A stretch of 64,000 nt of DNA from Vicugna vicugna (taxonomy: Eukaryota): positions 719,038 to 783,037 of the forward strand of contig MU058233.1 of the NCBI GenBank assembly GCA_013265495.1, read 5' to 3'. Position numbers and translations under genes: made by a program. Shown here piece by piece: positions 1 to 13,370 of this stretch (positions within the stretch are counted from its first letter, which is position 1; each line of letters starts with the position of its first letter). The notes under the pieces were generated by a model. That model saw only the letters and a list, made by a program, of their open reading frames with translations, searched no databases and was not told the DNA's origin.

Positions 1-852
1 TATGATTTAGCATCTAAACCACACACAGCTGTCCAGTTTGCAAGGACTTTTCCAGATGGACAGAAGACTGTGGGCCTTGGACACGGGCCCCACCTGGTAG
101 AAGCCCCACCGGCCAAGCACAGGGGCTGTGCTCACACTACAAGCACGTCACTTCCCACGGGCACCCAGCTGGGAAAGCGGGACACCGGCCACTTGTGCCC
201 TGCAGCAACGAAGGACCTGGGTCTGAAGTGCGTGCCTCGGTAAGCAGGCTCAGGCTCACACCACGTCCCCAACCTCTCCCTGCCATCCTGGACGAACGTG
301 GGACGGAATTACAGCCAATGGTGGGGAAGGCACACGCCTGCCACACCTGCCTTCTCTCTGCCGTGAGACTGGGATGTCACCTGACCCACGGCTCATCCAA
401 CTCCTGCAACAGTGAGTCACACTAAGGTTTTGTAAAATCAAGAGAGCACGTACAAGCCATGCTCAGACATTCCTCAGGAAGGAATAAAACTGTTCAGGGA
501 CACCTTCAGGACTCCCTGTGGAGCAAAGGCCAAGGAGGCAGCCCTCAGAGGCCTGGGCTGTGCTCCAGGACAGGAGGGGAGCTATCTCCACAACTTTCTG
601 GCTAATAACAGAATTTAAAACACCTAAAACCAAGCCTTTTATTTGGGGTAATACAAGCGCTGAACAGTGAGTGACAGGTGTAACCAGCACAGGCAGCCTT
701 CACACACAGCAGGGCGAGTATGGACACGACCACTAGGATGCAGCTGAGAATGGAGAAATGTCATCATTTAACCACTTTAAAGGTGGCATCATCTTTGAAT
801 GTGGATTCCAGGAGACAAGCAGCTGTTGTTATATTTAAGTAATACAAATTCA

Positions 853-991
853 TGTTTTTATTTTTAATTAAAAAAATTGGGGGGAGGGTAGGCAATTAGG
901 TTTACTTATTTATTTAACAGAGGTACTGGGGATTGAACCCAGGACTTCGTGTGTGCTAAGCACGCGCTCTACCACTGCGCTACACCTTCCC
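853..991 (-). mobile_element. tRNA-derived SINE (camelid Vic-1-like)
   Basis: Reverse of GTGTAGCGCAGTGGTAGAG...CTGGGTTCAATCCCCAGTACCTC, then CCTAATT and an A-rich tail. Confidence 0.85.
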
Positions 992-1491
992 TGCAAGAAG
1001 CTGTTGTTTTAAATAAACCCTAAAACCTGAACAGTTGCCAAGAATTTCACTAGGAATTTAGCAAGGTCATTACTGATTTGTGCATTTATCACTGAAAAGA
1101 CCTTTAATGCTTTTCATGACCCTAAATGGTTCAGATGGCAGAAACCAAGGGGCCTGCCGCCTCCGGCATGGAACCTAGATCAGCAAACGCAACAACAGAG
1201 GCACAGCTTCAGGGCTGGGGTGAGGAGGGACACTCCCAGGAGGGGCGGCAGGTAGGACAGGTGAGCCATGGGGGCACCTGGGGCCGGGGCACCCAAATCC
1301 CTCACCTTCATGTGAGGGCTTGACTTACAAGGTAACACTCAGCTTACAGAAATTTGTAAAACACGCTGTGGCCCTAACAAGATAATGCCTGTGAAGAAAA
1401 AGTCAAATAATCTGAAAGAAAAATGGGCCAACACATGCAGACAGTTCACAGGAGAGAATGGCCAAATGGCCAACAGATAAAGAGATGCTCA

Positions 1492-1630
1492 GGGAAGGGT
1501 GTAGCTCAGTGGTAGAGTGTGTGCCTGGCATGCACAAGGTCCTGCGTTCAATCCCCAGTACCTCTGCAAATGAATAAATACATACATACATACATAAACC
1601 TTAATTTCCTCCCCCTGCCAAAATGTTTTT
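1492..1630 (+). mobile_element. tRNA-derived SINE (Vic-1-like)
   Basis: A/B boxes; flanking direct repeat agatgctca. Confidence 0.87.
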
Positions 1631-2548
1631 AAAAGATGCTCAAACCGTCTAGGGAAGAGTAAGTTGCAAATGAAAGTACAATGGTGGCCTCATGGCACAC
1701 CTACTGGAAAGACTGAAAAGAAACAGCGTCCGTGGCCTTGCACGGGGTGTCAGTGCCACAACCGCATGACCACACGTGATGGAAATAAACACACCCATGG
1801 TCAACAATACGGGTACAGACCCCTGACCTGGCCACACTTGGGGCCCACTAGCCTTAAAAGAGAAGCTGCATCGGATGACGTGGGCGATCCCCACTCAACG
1901 ATGCTAGGTGAGGCCAACGTGCAGTAATGTGAGCCATTCGATCCCGCTTTACAAGACAAGGGCCCCATAACCTGTAAAGGGTTGTGTGAGCCTGTGGCTG
2001 ACCCGGAGGGGAGGGGAGCGGAGGGGAGGAGAGACACAGTGGGGGCGAGGGATAAAAACAGCATGTGTGACACGATCCTAGCAAGTAAAACTGCATACGT
2101 CTGTGTCTGAAATCCTAAGGGCTAGGAAAAGGCCTGGAGGTTTCTAGGGCTCCCAGGCTGCCCGTTCTTGGCTTATTCACCCGAGTCCCCAGAGACTAGC
2201 ACAGAATGAACGCTGATCACAATAACTCATAAAAGAAAGCTTTCACATGTAAACATTGCAATCAAGTCCCCACTGGCTGCTGGCTCACCATCCAGGGTGA
2301 CAAAAGCCCCACACAACCAACCCTTTAAACCTGGACCTCAAACACCACGGTCAGTATCGGGCCATGATAAAGGGTAACTTCTCTCTAAAACAGAGCTGTC
2401 TGTTAAATGCAAGACCCACCACAGCGATAAAACAGCGAACAGCAGAGGGATGGGGCGGCCCGTCGGGCCTGTGCCTCTGCAGGACGGTGAGGGACCAGGG
2501 GCCCTGGGAGGGGGCAGGCAGGGAAGAGCCGGGTGGGACGATGCTTAC

Positions 2549-2791
2549 ACAGTTGCGTTTCTTGCATAGGAAGACTGAGTCTGAGGGACTGCAAAGCTTC
2601 TTTTCTTACACTGCCCTCAGCACTAGTCCCCTGAGACTTCCTTAGGTTGTCATGGAAACCAGCCACACCTGGCGAGGCATCAGGACCCACTGGCGGCAGA
2701 GGGTCTGGGAACTGCAGCGTTGGCCCGTTTGGACAAGGGTCCCCTTGGCTTCCTCCCTCATCCGAAGCTCTGTGTACCGTGGCACTGGCAC
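2549..2791 (-). CDS. GOLGA3: GOLGA3 (golgin-160) coding exon (exon 3); gene continues left of the window
   Basis: Encodes ...VGPDASPGVAGFHDNLRKSQGTSAEGSVRKEALQSLRLSLPMQETQL, matching the golgin-160 head as recalled. Acceptor ctcttttccag, donor gtaagc. 243 nt, phase 1-1. Confidence 0.93.
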
Positions 2792-3688
2792 CTGGAAAAG
2801 AGGATGTGCTGGGCCATCATGGTTTTAACAGCTACGTAAGGTCATTCCTCAGACACGCAGCTAAAACAGGGCAAAGGAGAGTCGAGATATGTGAGTGCTC
2901 TCCACACCTTAGCAATCCACTCTCTCTGAGAGAAGAGAGGGCCTCGACCCCTGTGCGCGGGTGATGTGGGACAGGCCGCCCAACCTCACAGAGCCTGACG
3001 CTCTCAGCTGTGGAATGCCCTCACCCTCCACACTACAGCTGGAGAATTTCAGTAGGAATGTCTCCTTTTCATTTAAACAAGACCGGCAAGAAATCTCATG
3101 AAAGTCTGTTCTTAAAAAATGGCAAAAAAGCCCCACAAAAAAAACATAGATGCTTAAAATGCGGCTCACAATGTTTTTAACAGGTGCTGTTAGCAGCAGT
3201 GCTAATCCGTGTCTCCGCCTCACATTTACGGGGAACTGATTCCAGAGTTATTTCAAAGCATACGTTTATCCTCCAAAACCAGAAATTGAAGGCAAAAAGT
3301 CAGAATAGCTGATCAGAATGATGACGGCAAAGCTGAGCGTGGAACCCAGGGTCCGTGCTTCTGATGGACAAGCACCTGTGGGGGGAATCCCAAGCCCAGC
3401 AGTGGTGGCTGTAGGTGACCACACACGCCCAGCTCAGTTCCACCGGCCGACGCTATTACAAGTGGACTCGTTTACACACTAACTGAAACCTGTTTTTGCA
3501 GCAAAAGGAGACAAGGAAGAAAGCGCCCTCCCTCTGCCCCTGATGGGCCGGTTGGCAGCCCAAGAGCCCAGGGGTGCTGTGCCCTCAGCTCTCACAGGGG
3601 TCAGCCTCACCTGGATCTCAGGACATAACCAGCACGCATCCAGAAAAGTGCTTTTGTGACCAAGCAAATTTAACACGGGTTTCTGTCG

Positions 3689-3843
3689 GTGGAGGGGAGG
3701 GTACAGCTCAGTTGTAGAGCATGTGCTTAGCATGCACGAGGTCCTGGGTTCCATCCCCAGTCCCTCCGTTAAAAATAGATAGACAGACAGACAGACCTAA
3801 TTACCCTCTCCAAATAATAAAATTAAATAAAACAAAATGAAAT
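3689..3843 (+). mobile_element. tRNA-derived SINE (Vic-1-like)
   Basis: A/B boxes, internal (AGAC)n; TSD gtttctgtc. Confidence 0.87.
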
Positions 3844-5014
3844 GTTTCTGTCACCTGAAATGTGACTCTCAACTAGCACAGCTACTCACTGTCACACCTC
3901 ACAAAAAGGAAGACCAGCATAAAAGCGGGGCGCCCCAGAGACGTAGCAGCCAGGAGACTCGGGCACGGCCCTGACACAAATGGCCTGCAGCCCCACTGCT
4001 GGGGCTTGTGGTGGCAGGGGACCTGCATTTCAGATCCAAGTCCATCAGGTCAATGCCATTTCTGACGGCCTCTAGGTCTGGGAGAGTCTCGAGACCTTCT
4101 GTTCACATAACAAAGTAATTCTGTAAGCAACACAGTGCACTTTAAGCCCAATAAACAGTAAGACTTGGCTGTTTTCAAACACAAGTCTAACTGTGGATAA
4201 ACAAACGATGACCCACAAACCCGGCTGGCACCACGTCCTGGGCGCTTCCCGAGTGCACCTGCAGCCCTCCCAGCTGCCCTCAGGTGCAGGACCATTCACC
4301 TTCCCGCTTCTCAAGAAGAGTGAGACTGAGATAAAGTCAGGATCTTGCCTGAGGGCTCATGGCTCGTAGAGGCAGACCCAGGAGCTGCCCCACAGCAGAA
4401 CCCTTGGTCTCAGGCCAAGCCGCATCGGCCTCCCTGGCACTTAAGAAGCACTAATCAGCAAAGCCCGCGCAGGTGGTTGAGCGTTGTTTTACAAAAACAG
4501 GGATGCAATTTCTGCAAGTAAATCAAGACATACGCAGGCTCTGATTTTCAAGCCGGTGCTGACCAGGAAGGAGCAGGAGTAATTCACCTTGTGCTTCTGA
4601 TGCATGAATAACCCACCAGCTAACATGCCATGTGATCCAATAATCCTCAGACCACCAGTGGACCATTTCTGGATCCCACTTTGTAAAATTTTGGCAACTA
4701 ACCAACATACAGGTTGAATGTTAACAATAATGCGTCGGTGAAGACCTGCGGAAGCCTTAAGGGCAAATGATGCTGCTCTGTCCTGCTGGGGCAGAGGTGG
4801 GCTGGTTCTCACTCTATTTAACACGAATACTGCTTAGCTGAAAGGCAGCATCAACTAAGGAAAAACACTCATCTGATTACAAAGAACCCACTCTGAATGA
4901 ATGAAAAAGTTCACTATGGCGTCAGACACCAAAGCCTTCCTCCAAAATGCAAGCCGACCCACGTCCTCCTGTTTAAAGGCAAAATCAGCAGCTGCAGAGT
5001 AACCGGCGACTTAC

Positions 5015-5147
5015 GCTGGGCTTCATTCCACTGGTCCAGAGGCGCCAGGGTGCCTGGGGGCTCCGGGGGGGCCTCGGGGCGAGCTGAGGTGCCACTGCTG
5101 CACCTGTCCTCCAACAGGCCATCCTGCACTGCCCCAGCACCCTCCAT
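5015..5147 (-). CDS. GOLGA3: GOLGA3 first coding segment (exon 2 spans 5015-5330, including 183 nt of 5'UTR)
   Basis: ATG at 5147 in gccATGg context. MEGAGAVQDGLLEDRCSSGTSARPEAPPEPPGTLAPLDQ resembles human MDGASAEQDGLQEDRSHSG. Donor gtaagt after 133 coding nt; acceptor tttttgtctcctgccag before 5330. Confidence 0.92.
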
Positions 5148-5489
5148 GGCCAGGATGACACAGGCTGGGCTGACACTCAGGGGCTGCCAGTGAACCACTA
5201 GTGAGTTTGCTTTCTGCCATCAGCAACAGCCAAGAGCTCCTGGGATGGACCGCACTAGGCTTTCCATTTTCGGGAGAAGATTTAAAGTCTCACAAATGGC
5301 TTCAAATCACACCAAGTAATATCATGATACCTGGCAGGAGACAAAAAGAGAAAGGTGTTATGCAACTTTTATTCCGAGACCAGCATTTGCTTCACACCTA
5401 GCATCTCTTTAATAAACGTAGACTCTTCATTCAACAAATAATCCTGGGGCACCTACGATATTCTAGGTTTCATTTATTTAAAAAATATC

Positions 5490-5642
5490 TTCGCATGCAT
5501 TTTATTTATTCTTGTTCTTCGAGGGAGTGTAATTATGTTTATTTTTTCGCATATGTGTTTTTTAGTGGAGGTACTGGGGACTGAACCCAGGACCCTGTGC
5601 ATGCTAAGCACGGGCTCTACCACTGAGCTACACCCTCCTCCT
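5490..5642 (-). mobile_element. tRNA-derived SINE (Vic-1-like)
   Basis: Reverse-complement A/B boxes and T-rich tail on plus. Confidence 0.85.
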
Positions 5643-6335
5643 GACATCCTGGATTTTGAGGATAAGTGTTGAGCTGGCCACATCTGGGCCCGTTCCTGAA
5701 GGCGCGTCTGTCCTGGGACTGGCTGAAGACAGCCCCACCAGGATAAGCAGCTCTGTAATGAGCGCTGTAATTGGGTAGGCACAGGTGGTCACTCAGCTGG
5801 GGGGGAGGCCTGAGTGACTGAGGAACTGAGTTTCTACTCACTTAAATGTAACTCACTTGCGTGTAAATAGCTGCATGTGGCCAGTGGCTTCTGTACTGGA
5901 CACGCAGGCCCAAGCACTCGCCAGGGCTCACAGGGCAAGCTCTTCTCCCAGAAGACCTGAGGAGACAGTGCCCAGGCCACAGCTCCCAAGCGGAGGACAA
6001 CAGGGAGGCTGCAACTGCATGGAACATGGTAGCCCGTGTGCTATAGGCGGAAGCCCGGGGACGAGAACACAGGACACGTGGGTGGAGGGCAGAGAAAGCA
6101 CCTCACGGGAGGTGACTGATTCTGCCCTTCCTCTCTCACAGGATCTGCTATCTTTTCACCTGTCCTGCTAGGCTAAGCTCAAGAGAGTGAAACTTTGCCC
6201 AAAGTCTGGCAACTGTTCATTGCTTTTGCAGTGGGATGAGGATGCTATCGGCTCATTTCCTCGCCCACAGATAAGGTGCTGCTCTTACTCGTTGTGCAGA
6301 AATGTCAGCATTTACTTCCTTTAAGATCAGTTTTC

Positions 6336-6543
6336 GGGGGGAGGTATATAGCTCAGTGGTAAAGCACGTGCTTAGCATACACAAGGTCCTGGGTTCAATC
6401 CACAGTCCCTCCATCAAAAATAAACAAAACACACAAATAAATAAATAAATCTCCACACACACACACACACACAAAAGAAACAAGAGAAAGGGAATTAAAT
6501 TTAAAAAAAAAACAAATCAAAAAAATTCAACTCCTTAAAAAAA
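6336..6543 (+). mobile_element. tRNA-derived SINE (Vic-1-like) with (AC)n in tail
   Basis: A/B boxes; TSD aagatcagttttc. Confidence 0.87.
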
Positions 6544-7947
6544 AAGATCAGTTTTCATATTATCTTATGTACTCTTCTGTGTCTCACAGGTTTCAGGACA
6601 GAAATTTACAGGACCTTCCTCTCCAGCTGACGAATCCTATACAGATGTTTTGGAAAACAGCCTAAATGGGAGCTGACTCTGACTCAACAGTCCGGTGCAA
6701 CTGTTTTCCGACAGTCCTACTGCCCTGTCACCCAAGAGCAGGCACACCCGGGGGCCTGGGGTAACCTGGTTGCCCCGTGGTGAAGGACTAGTGATGGGAG
6801 CGTCCCTCTTGGGGACCCAGTCACGCGCGGCCAGCAGCGCTGACCGTCCACACATCCCTCTCTGCAAGCTGGCTTCACGCAGGCCAGCAACACCACGGGT
6901 TAGTGCAGTTATGAATGTGAAGAGGCAACGCCTGCTATTTCGTGTAAAACTAGCACTAAGGGTTTGTATGTGAAAGGACCGTTGAAATGTGGGAGAACCT
7001 GGCTGACTACAGTCCAACGTGGCTAACCAAAGAGCCCCAGAGCCACTCCGGCTCACGGTGCCTCACCCATGTAAATTTCTGGAGACTGAAACGATATCTG
7101 AAATGAACTGAGGTCCTGAGGCCAACCGAACGTTCTCTACCTTGTTTCTGTCTCTACAGTAATCAGTAACCTCTTCCATCCACGGAAACACTTTCCCGGG
7201 TGGAGAAGGGGCAGATAAATGGGCCCTTGGAGGCCCCATGCCTGTCCTGGTACATCCCGTAGGCCCCTCAGAAAATCACCATTTCACAGGGTCCCGCCTC
7301 CGCAGGAAAACCCTGTAATGTCGGTGGAGCCCACCTCTGGGCTACAAGCCCGACCCTCCCTGGGAGCGGCTGGAGCTAAGCTGATAATGCACAGAAGGTG
7401 CCCAAGAAGCAAGGCAAGGCAGTCAGCCCACGGATGGGCAGGCTATCCCCTCCTCTACCAGCTCACCACCTCAGGACAGATGATTTCAGGGGTCCTCTAG
7501 GAACACGCGTGGTGGCAAGTGGAAGCCACTGTCCCTGCACGTGATGTACTGCACCTGCTGGCCATCCTGACATGCTCCTTAACAAAAGGAAACGTTCGCA
7601 TTGTGCTTTGACATGGCTGTTTCTGCCTTGTGGGGGTTTTGGCGGGGGGGGTTGTCTAAATCACCACGGACTCCCTAAGATGCCTGAGAGGGTAACACTT
7701 AACGGGTCAGTGCTTGCCGGGCAGAAGCTGGTCCCTCTGTTGCAGGTGCCCTGTTCCCCTTGACTGCCAGGCATATTTCCATCAGTCCTTCTGCGTCTAC
7801 CAAAAGGCACTGCTGTCAAGTCTTCTCTGGGCCTCAGTAAGGCACCTGGCCAACTCTGTCCTGCCATCATGGTACCCCCGCGTGCACACCATACTGCAAC
7901 TGTCTGTGCCCATCTCTTCCACCATGCTGTAAGATCCCTGTGCATAC

Positions 7948-8192
7948 CGGGGGGAAGGGGTGCGAAGGGATAAATTCGAGAGTTTGAGATCTACAAATGT
8001 TAACCACTATACATAAAAATAGATAAAAAGCAGCTGTCTGCTGTACAGCACAGGGAACTATATTCAATACCTTGTAATCTTTAATGGAAAAGAACATGGA
8101 AACGAGTATAAGCACGCATGACTGGGACACACTGCTGTACACCAGAAACTGACTCACTGCAACTGACTATACTTTAATTAAAAACTTAAAAA
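7948..8192 (+). mobile_element. L1 3' end fragment
   Basis: GGGATAAATT...CACAGGGAACTATATTCAATA...ACTGACTATACTT plus A tail. Confidence 0.8.
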
Positions 8193-9864
8193 AAGATCCT
8201 AGGGCACAGAAGTCACCACTCCAGGTCTGCCCCGCTCCCTGGAACATCCCCTACGCAGAGTGGTGCTCAGCGCAGGCTACCGACAAATCTTTGCCTCTGC
8301 CCAGTTCCACCCCTCAGCAACCAACCGAGTGGTTCCAAAACCAAAGGATACAGATGCCTTTTCAAATACAGAAAAACTCTATTTCTACTACAAAAGGTTC
8401 AAGGGAGAGCAAAGGACACGTCTGGGAGTTATAAACTGGGAGAGAGACATGTAATGGCCACAGCCCAGATAAGCAGCGTCCCCTGAGTGAGAAGGAAGAG
8501 CAGGATGGCCCGCAGGACTGGACTTCCCTATGAAATCAGAACCTGCCAACTGAAAAGGGGGACAGAGGGGCAGCCAAGGAGCCGCAGAGAATGTGGCCCC
8601 AAGGCTTGCAGTGAGAACCCCACACCTGACCCTGTGCAGGAAAGAGGGACACTGGCTGAAGGGCCAAGATGTTGGTGCCCACTGATGAAGGCAGGTGAAG
8701 GCCAGCCAAAGACAGAGAGAAATGCACCGGGCTATCTGAGCCCAATGCCGTCACACACATCACTCACCTGATTCCCTTTATTTGGATTTCTTGCTGAACA
8801 AGAAGCCTACTGATTCCCAAGCAGCTCTAACCACTCCAGAGATGGATGGTGCAGCCTAGAGAATTCAAGACCCTGTGCCTGTGACTGGTTCGGAAGACTG
8901 GTCCTATTCACATGCTGCTCCTCCCGGAGCCAGACAAGAGACAGAATTCACAGACTACCACAAGAGGCCTCTGCTGAAGGGACGCTTCTCCCTACACATG
9001 ATAAACGGGCATCCTGTGCCTCTCCTCAGTCTCGTGTGAATTTTACTTAGCATGACTCAGTCATTCAGGGCCTCATTATCTCAGAATGCGGACCAAAACA
9101 AGATAAGGAGGGCCAGACAGCTGGGAGCACATCACAAGGAAGCTGTTATTAGTAAGACACACACTATTTTGTGGTCAAAAAAAGAGAGATCAATCTGATC
9201 ACAGTACCATCTGACCACCTGCATTCTGCTGTGTTTCCCGGAGGGAAGAGATGAGGCAAAGCTGTCACTTAGAACTTGGCAAAAGTGTTTGTGACTCTAG
9301 GTTCACAGCTGTCTGATGTCAAGAGACCTCGGACGGAGAAACTACCATCTCAGGCACCAATGTGACTTCTGGTTTCCTCTATCTGGTATACAAACATTAA
9401 CAGCTCCACCTACCCTGCCTTATTTAAGGTGCTCCTATCAGTAGTTAGAAACAACAGAGCATGAAAACCCCAGAAGCCTCATGTGTCCGTACAGCGGTGG
9501 AATGGAAAGCACAGACTCAGGCACCAGGCATCTTGGCTTCAGGTCCTGACTCTTTCACCTCAGCCATGAGATCACGGGCAGATGCTTTACCACACTTAGC
9601 CAGTGACCTCCTACAGTAAGATGATGAGAAAAAGAATAGAAAATTTGTGCTGGGATGAAGTGCAGCAAGGCACAGCCTCTGTCCCATGCCCTTGATAAGC
9701 AGCAGCTGGTGTATTTTCCCTGCAGCTGTTGCTTGTCAACATCGATAGGGAAAAGCCAACTTAAGTTCAAGAATGTACACTGCTTGGATAAAGAAGATAT
9801 GAAGACACATATATACACACATATACAGACACATACATACAAACACACACACCTGCACGCACAA

Positions 9865-10465
9865 CAGAATACTCAAGCCATAAAAAATGAAATTTTGCCT
9901 TTTGCGACAACATGATGGCCCTCAAGAGTATTATCCTTAGTGAAATAAATCAAAGTCAAATACTGTATGTTATCACTTATATGTGGAATCTAAAAAACAA
10001 AACAAATGAACCAATACAACAAAACAGAAACTGACTCACAGATACAGAGAACAAACTAGTGGTTACCAGAGAGGAGACAGGAAGGGGGAGGGGCAGAGGG
10101 GTGAGGCGGACTAAGAGGTACAAACTACCAGGCACAAAATAAGTTACAAGGATGTAATGAACAGCACAGGGAATACAGCCAGTCTTTTATAATAACTTGG
10201 GATGGAGTGTAATCTATAAAAATATCAAATCACTAAGTTATATTCTGTATAGTACAGGAAACTATACTCAATATCTTGTAGTCACCTACAATGAAAAAGA
10301 ACGTGAAAACAATTATATGTATGTATATGTATGACTCAAACATGCTGTACACCAGAAATCGACACATTGTAACTGACTATATATCGATTTTAAAAAAAAT
10401 CACTATGCTATACACCTGAAACTAATATAATATTGTTAAGTCAACTATACTTAAATTCAAAAAAT
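9865..10465 (+). mobile_element. L1 3'UTR fragment with a second L1 3' end nested at ~10243-10398
   Basis: L1 ORF2 C-terminus-like IKNEILPFATT; aaatcacta repeated around the inner copy. Confidence 0.75.
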
Positions 10466-10619
10466 TATACTGCTGCTTAAGGCAACTGGCTAAAAAAAAC
10501 AGGCAACTTTTGAATCTGAGTAATGTCAGATGATTTTTATTTCCTTTTCTTGCCATTCAAGGTCCACTGTAACTGAAAGCTATCATTCCAGGAAAGTTAT
10601 GTTTGCAATAGTTAAGGGT

Positions 10620-11135
10620 CAATTTAAAAAATGCAAAAAAGATGTATGAGTCACCTGTAAATGGCTTACAACGTCCCAGTGGTTTTTAATCACACTGACA
10701 ATAAAATCCAAGCCTCTTACCAGGAACTAGGAAGCTGCGGACAATCGAGCCCCTCCCTACATTGCATCCTTGTCCCCCATCACTTTCTTCCTTTTTCATT
10801 ACACGCTTGCCATACTTCTCTACCTAAAAACACCAAACCTACTCCTCCCTCAGGGTCTTCACATTTAGTGCTCATTCTACCTGAAACATTCTTATTCCAC
10901 AATTTTGCAGAGCTGGTTTCTTGTCATAGAGACCTTGGCTGAAAAGTCACCTCCCTGGACCCGCCTTCCTAGAGACCCATCCCAAGTACCGCCCAATACT
11001 CTCTCAGCAGTGACCTCATAGAACGTGAGCCCAGTGAGGTCAGAAACCCTGACACGACTGCAACCCTGTATCCCAGGACCTACAATAAACAGTGCCCGTC
11101 ACACGACTGGCACTCACCAAACAGTTGCTGAATGA
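10620..11135 (+). mobile_element. Ancient L2-like fragment
   Basis: Ends in ...CAGTGCCCGTCACACGACTGGCACTCACCAAACAGTTGCTGAATGAA, typical of the L2 3' end. Confidence 0.55.
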
Positions 11136-11419
11136 AGGCCGACCTGCACACTTGTATCGCACTAGTTACAATGTCTGGCCCCACTGCCGCTGTAAAGTAT
11201 CACTGACTCGGTGAAACACGTCTAAGCACCCAGAATTGAGATGGAATCGAGGTGGAGGGAGAGGCAAAGAGCACACGGATTCTTTAAACCAGGCTTCACA
11301 CTAACCACCGACACCATGTCAGGATGTCATCTTGACAGAACTTCTGCAAAAGGACAAGAGCTATTTCTCAGCAGCTCCAAGAGCAGCTGGGGCATCTCTG
11401 AATAAATCACTCCCCGACA

Positions 11420-12190
11420 CGCGCGGACAGCGATCTGGAACGGCTCGAATGTATGTATATTTATGAAGCTAGCTTCGCTAACAGGTGCACAGGTCGGCTT
11501 CCAAGCCCGGAGGCTACCAACGGCGAGAAGCCAGAGTTGCGCGGGGCGTTGCCGCTCCAGGCGGAGCCGCGGCCGGCCCTCCGCGTTTGCCCAGGCCCTG
11601 CCGCCCTTCGCCCACCACCCGGCCCCTGCCTAGACCGCGCCGAGGCCCCCCGACTTCCCGCGCCCGCCCCAGCCTGAGCCTCTGCCCAGGAGCCACCCGC
11701 GACCCTCACCCCGGCGCTGCGGAAGCCGCGGCAAACGCCCGGCCCGGCTGCTCCGGCGGAGACGTGGCCGCGAGAGGGGCGGAGCACAGCGCCGCGACGG
11801 AGTCTGGCCCCCGGAAACAGCCTGTGCGCACTGCCTCCGTTCCGGAAGAGAGAACGTCCTCTTCTGCTAGCCAGCAGCGGCCCTCCGGCCAAGACTGCGC
11901 CGACAGCAGGGTCGGGATCGAGCCCACTCACAACTGGCCCGAGGCGGGTTTCAGAAAGTGATTTTGGGACTCCTTCACTTGCCAGAAACGCAGCTTCCGG
12001 ACTTGCCGGACCAACTCCGACAGGAAGCCAGACAGCTGAGCTTCCGGCGGAAGTGGCGTGGCCAGGCTCCGGTCCCAGCCCTATCTGTCAGGGTGTGGGG
12101 CGTGGCCATTCTGGGCCCGCCCCTACCTCTTTGGGGGCGTGGCTAGGCGGCACGCGGGGCGGGGCGGGGCGCTGGTCCGGGTGGGTCCCC
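11420..12190. promoter_or_regulatory. CpG-island promoter of GOLGA3
   Basis: High GC/CpG. ETS cores CCGGAA at ~11810, ~11842 and CTTCCGGCGGAAGT at ~12041. NRF1-like TGCGCA at ~11825. Tandem GGGCGG boxes at ~12156-12170. Confidence 0.85.
11710..11800 (-). other. GOLGA3: GOLGA3 non-coding exon 1 (5' boundary approximate)
   Basis: Donor GG|gtgagg at 11710/11709 inside a CpG island upstream of exon 2. Confidence 0.6.
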
Positions 12191-12249
12191 TTTCAGCACC
12201 AAATCTTCCTTTGCACCTGTCCTTACTAATCTTTCGGGTGCCAATACCA

Positions 12250-12905
12250 AAGTGACTGCTGCTTTGGAGTCGTAGCAATGTTTCATCTTAAAAATAAAAT
12301 ATTGTAGGCATTGGGCATGAGGTTTAGGTGAAGGGTTTTTTTTTTTGTCTGTGGATATCAAATTGTTCTAGTACCGTTTGTTTGTTAATTAAAGTCTGTC
12401 TTCCTCCATTAACTTGCTTTTGCACATTTGTCAAAAATCAGTTGGCTGCTTGTTGGCTGTTTCCGGTTTCTCTGCTCTGTTGCAATGATCTCCATGCCTA
12501 TCCCTCTGCCAATTCCACAGTCTTCACGGAGGTAGCTTTACAGCAAGCCCCAATATGGCGTAGAGGACTCCTCCCACTTTATTCTTTTTCATGATTGTTA
12601 TAGCTATTCTGGGGCCCATGTCGTTCTATATAAGTTATAGAATAAGCCTATCTGTGTTTACAAAAGTCCTTCCTGGGACTTTGATAGGAATTGCATTAAA
12701 ACTGTAAGTCAGTTGGGGAGAACTGGCATTTTTACTATTTATGTTGATTCTTCCAATTCATGGACATGGTACGTCTCTCCATTTATTTATATCTTCTTTG
12801 ACTTATTTCATCAGCATTTTGTAATTTTTGGCATCCTGTACATGTTTTGTTAAGTTTATACCTAAGTATTTCATTTTCTTTGGAGTAATTGTAAATGGTA
12901 TTGTG
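12250..12905 (-). mobile_element. Old L1M ORF2 fragment
   Basis: Minus-strand translation TIPFTITPKKMKYLGINLTKHVQD is L1 ORF2-like. Confidence 0.75.
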
Positions 12906-13003
12906 TCCCACAGGGTGTTAAATAATATCGAGGATGTGGGGTTTGCCAGAAAACCCCACCTGATTTTATCAAAACCTGTGGTGTTTGATGTTTGACGACG
13001 AAG

Positions 13004-13370
13004 TGTTACAGGCTGAACTGTGTCCCCCTCAAATTCACACGTTGACGTGCTAACCCCCCAGGACCTCAGAATGTGACCGTGTGTGGAAATAGGGTCTTGA
13101 AATGGGTGATTAAGGTAAAATGAGGTCATATGTGTGGGCCCCTATCCAAAATGACTGATGTCCTTCTAAAAAGAGGAGATCAGGACACAGATATGTGCAG
13201 GGGTGACCCTGTGAGGACATGGGGAGGAGACGGCCAACTCCACTCCCAGGGGAGAGGCCTCAGAGGGAACCAGCCCTGTCACACCTTGATCTCCAGAACC
13301 GTGAAGCCAGGAGTGTCTGTTGTTCAGGCCACCCCATATGTGGTGTTTGTTACACAGCACCAGGGGACTG
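13004..13370 (+). mobile_element. MaLR LTR (MLT1A-like)
   Basis: TGTTACAGGCTGAACTGTGTCCCCCTCAAATTCAC...GTAAAATGAGGTCAT...TGTGGTGTTTGTTAC. Confidence 0.75.

Noticed and set aside
463..560. GOLGA3 exon 4 suggested by LCSTGSP in a minus-strand ORF
   Set aside because: The following residues do not match the expected PLEKEEQVRLQARK; exon 4 appears to lie outside the window.
1492..1565. tRNA genes (this and all similar A/B-box elements)
   Set aside because: Each has a non-tRNA body, A-rich tail and often a TSD, and the copies are mutually diverged; they are SINEs.
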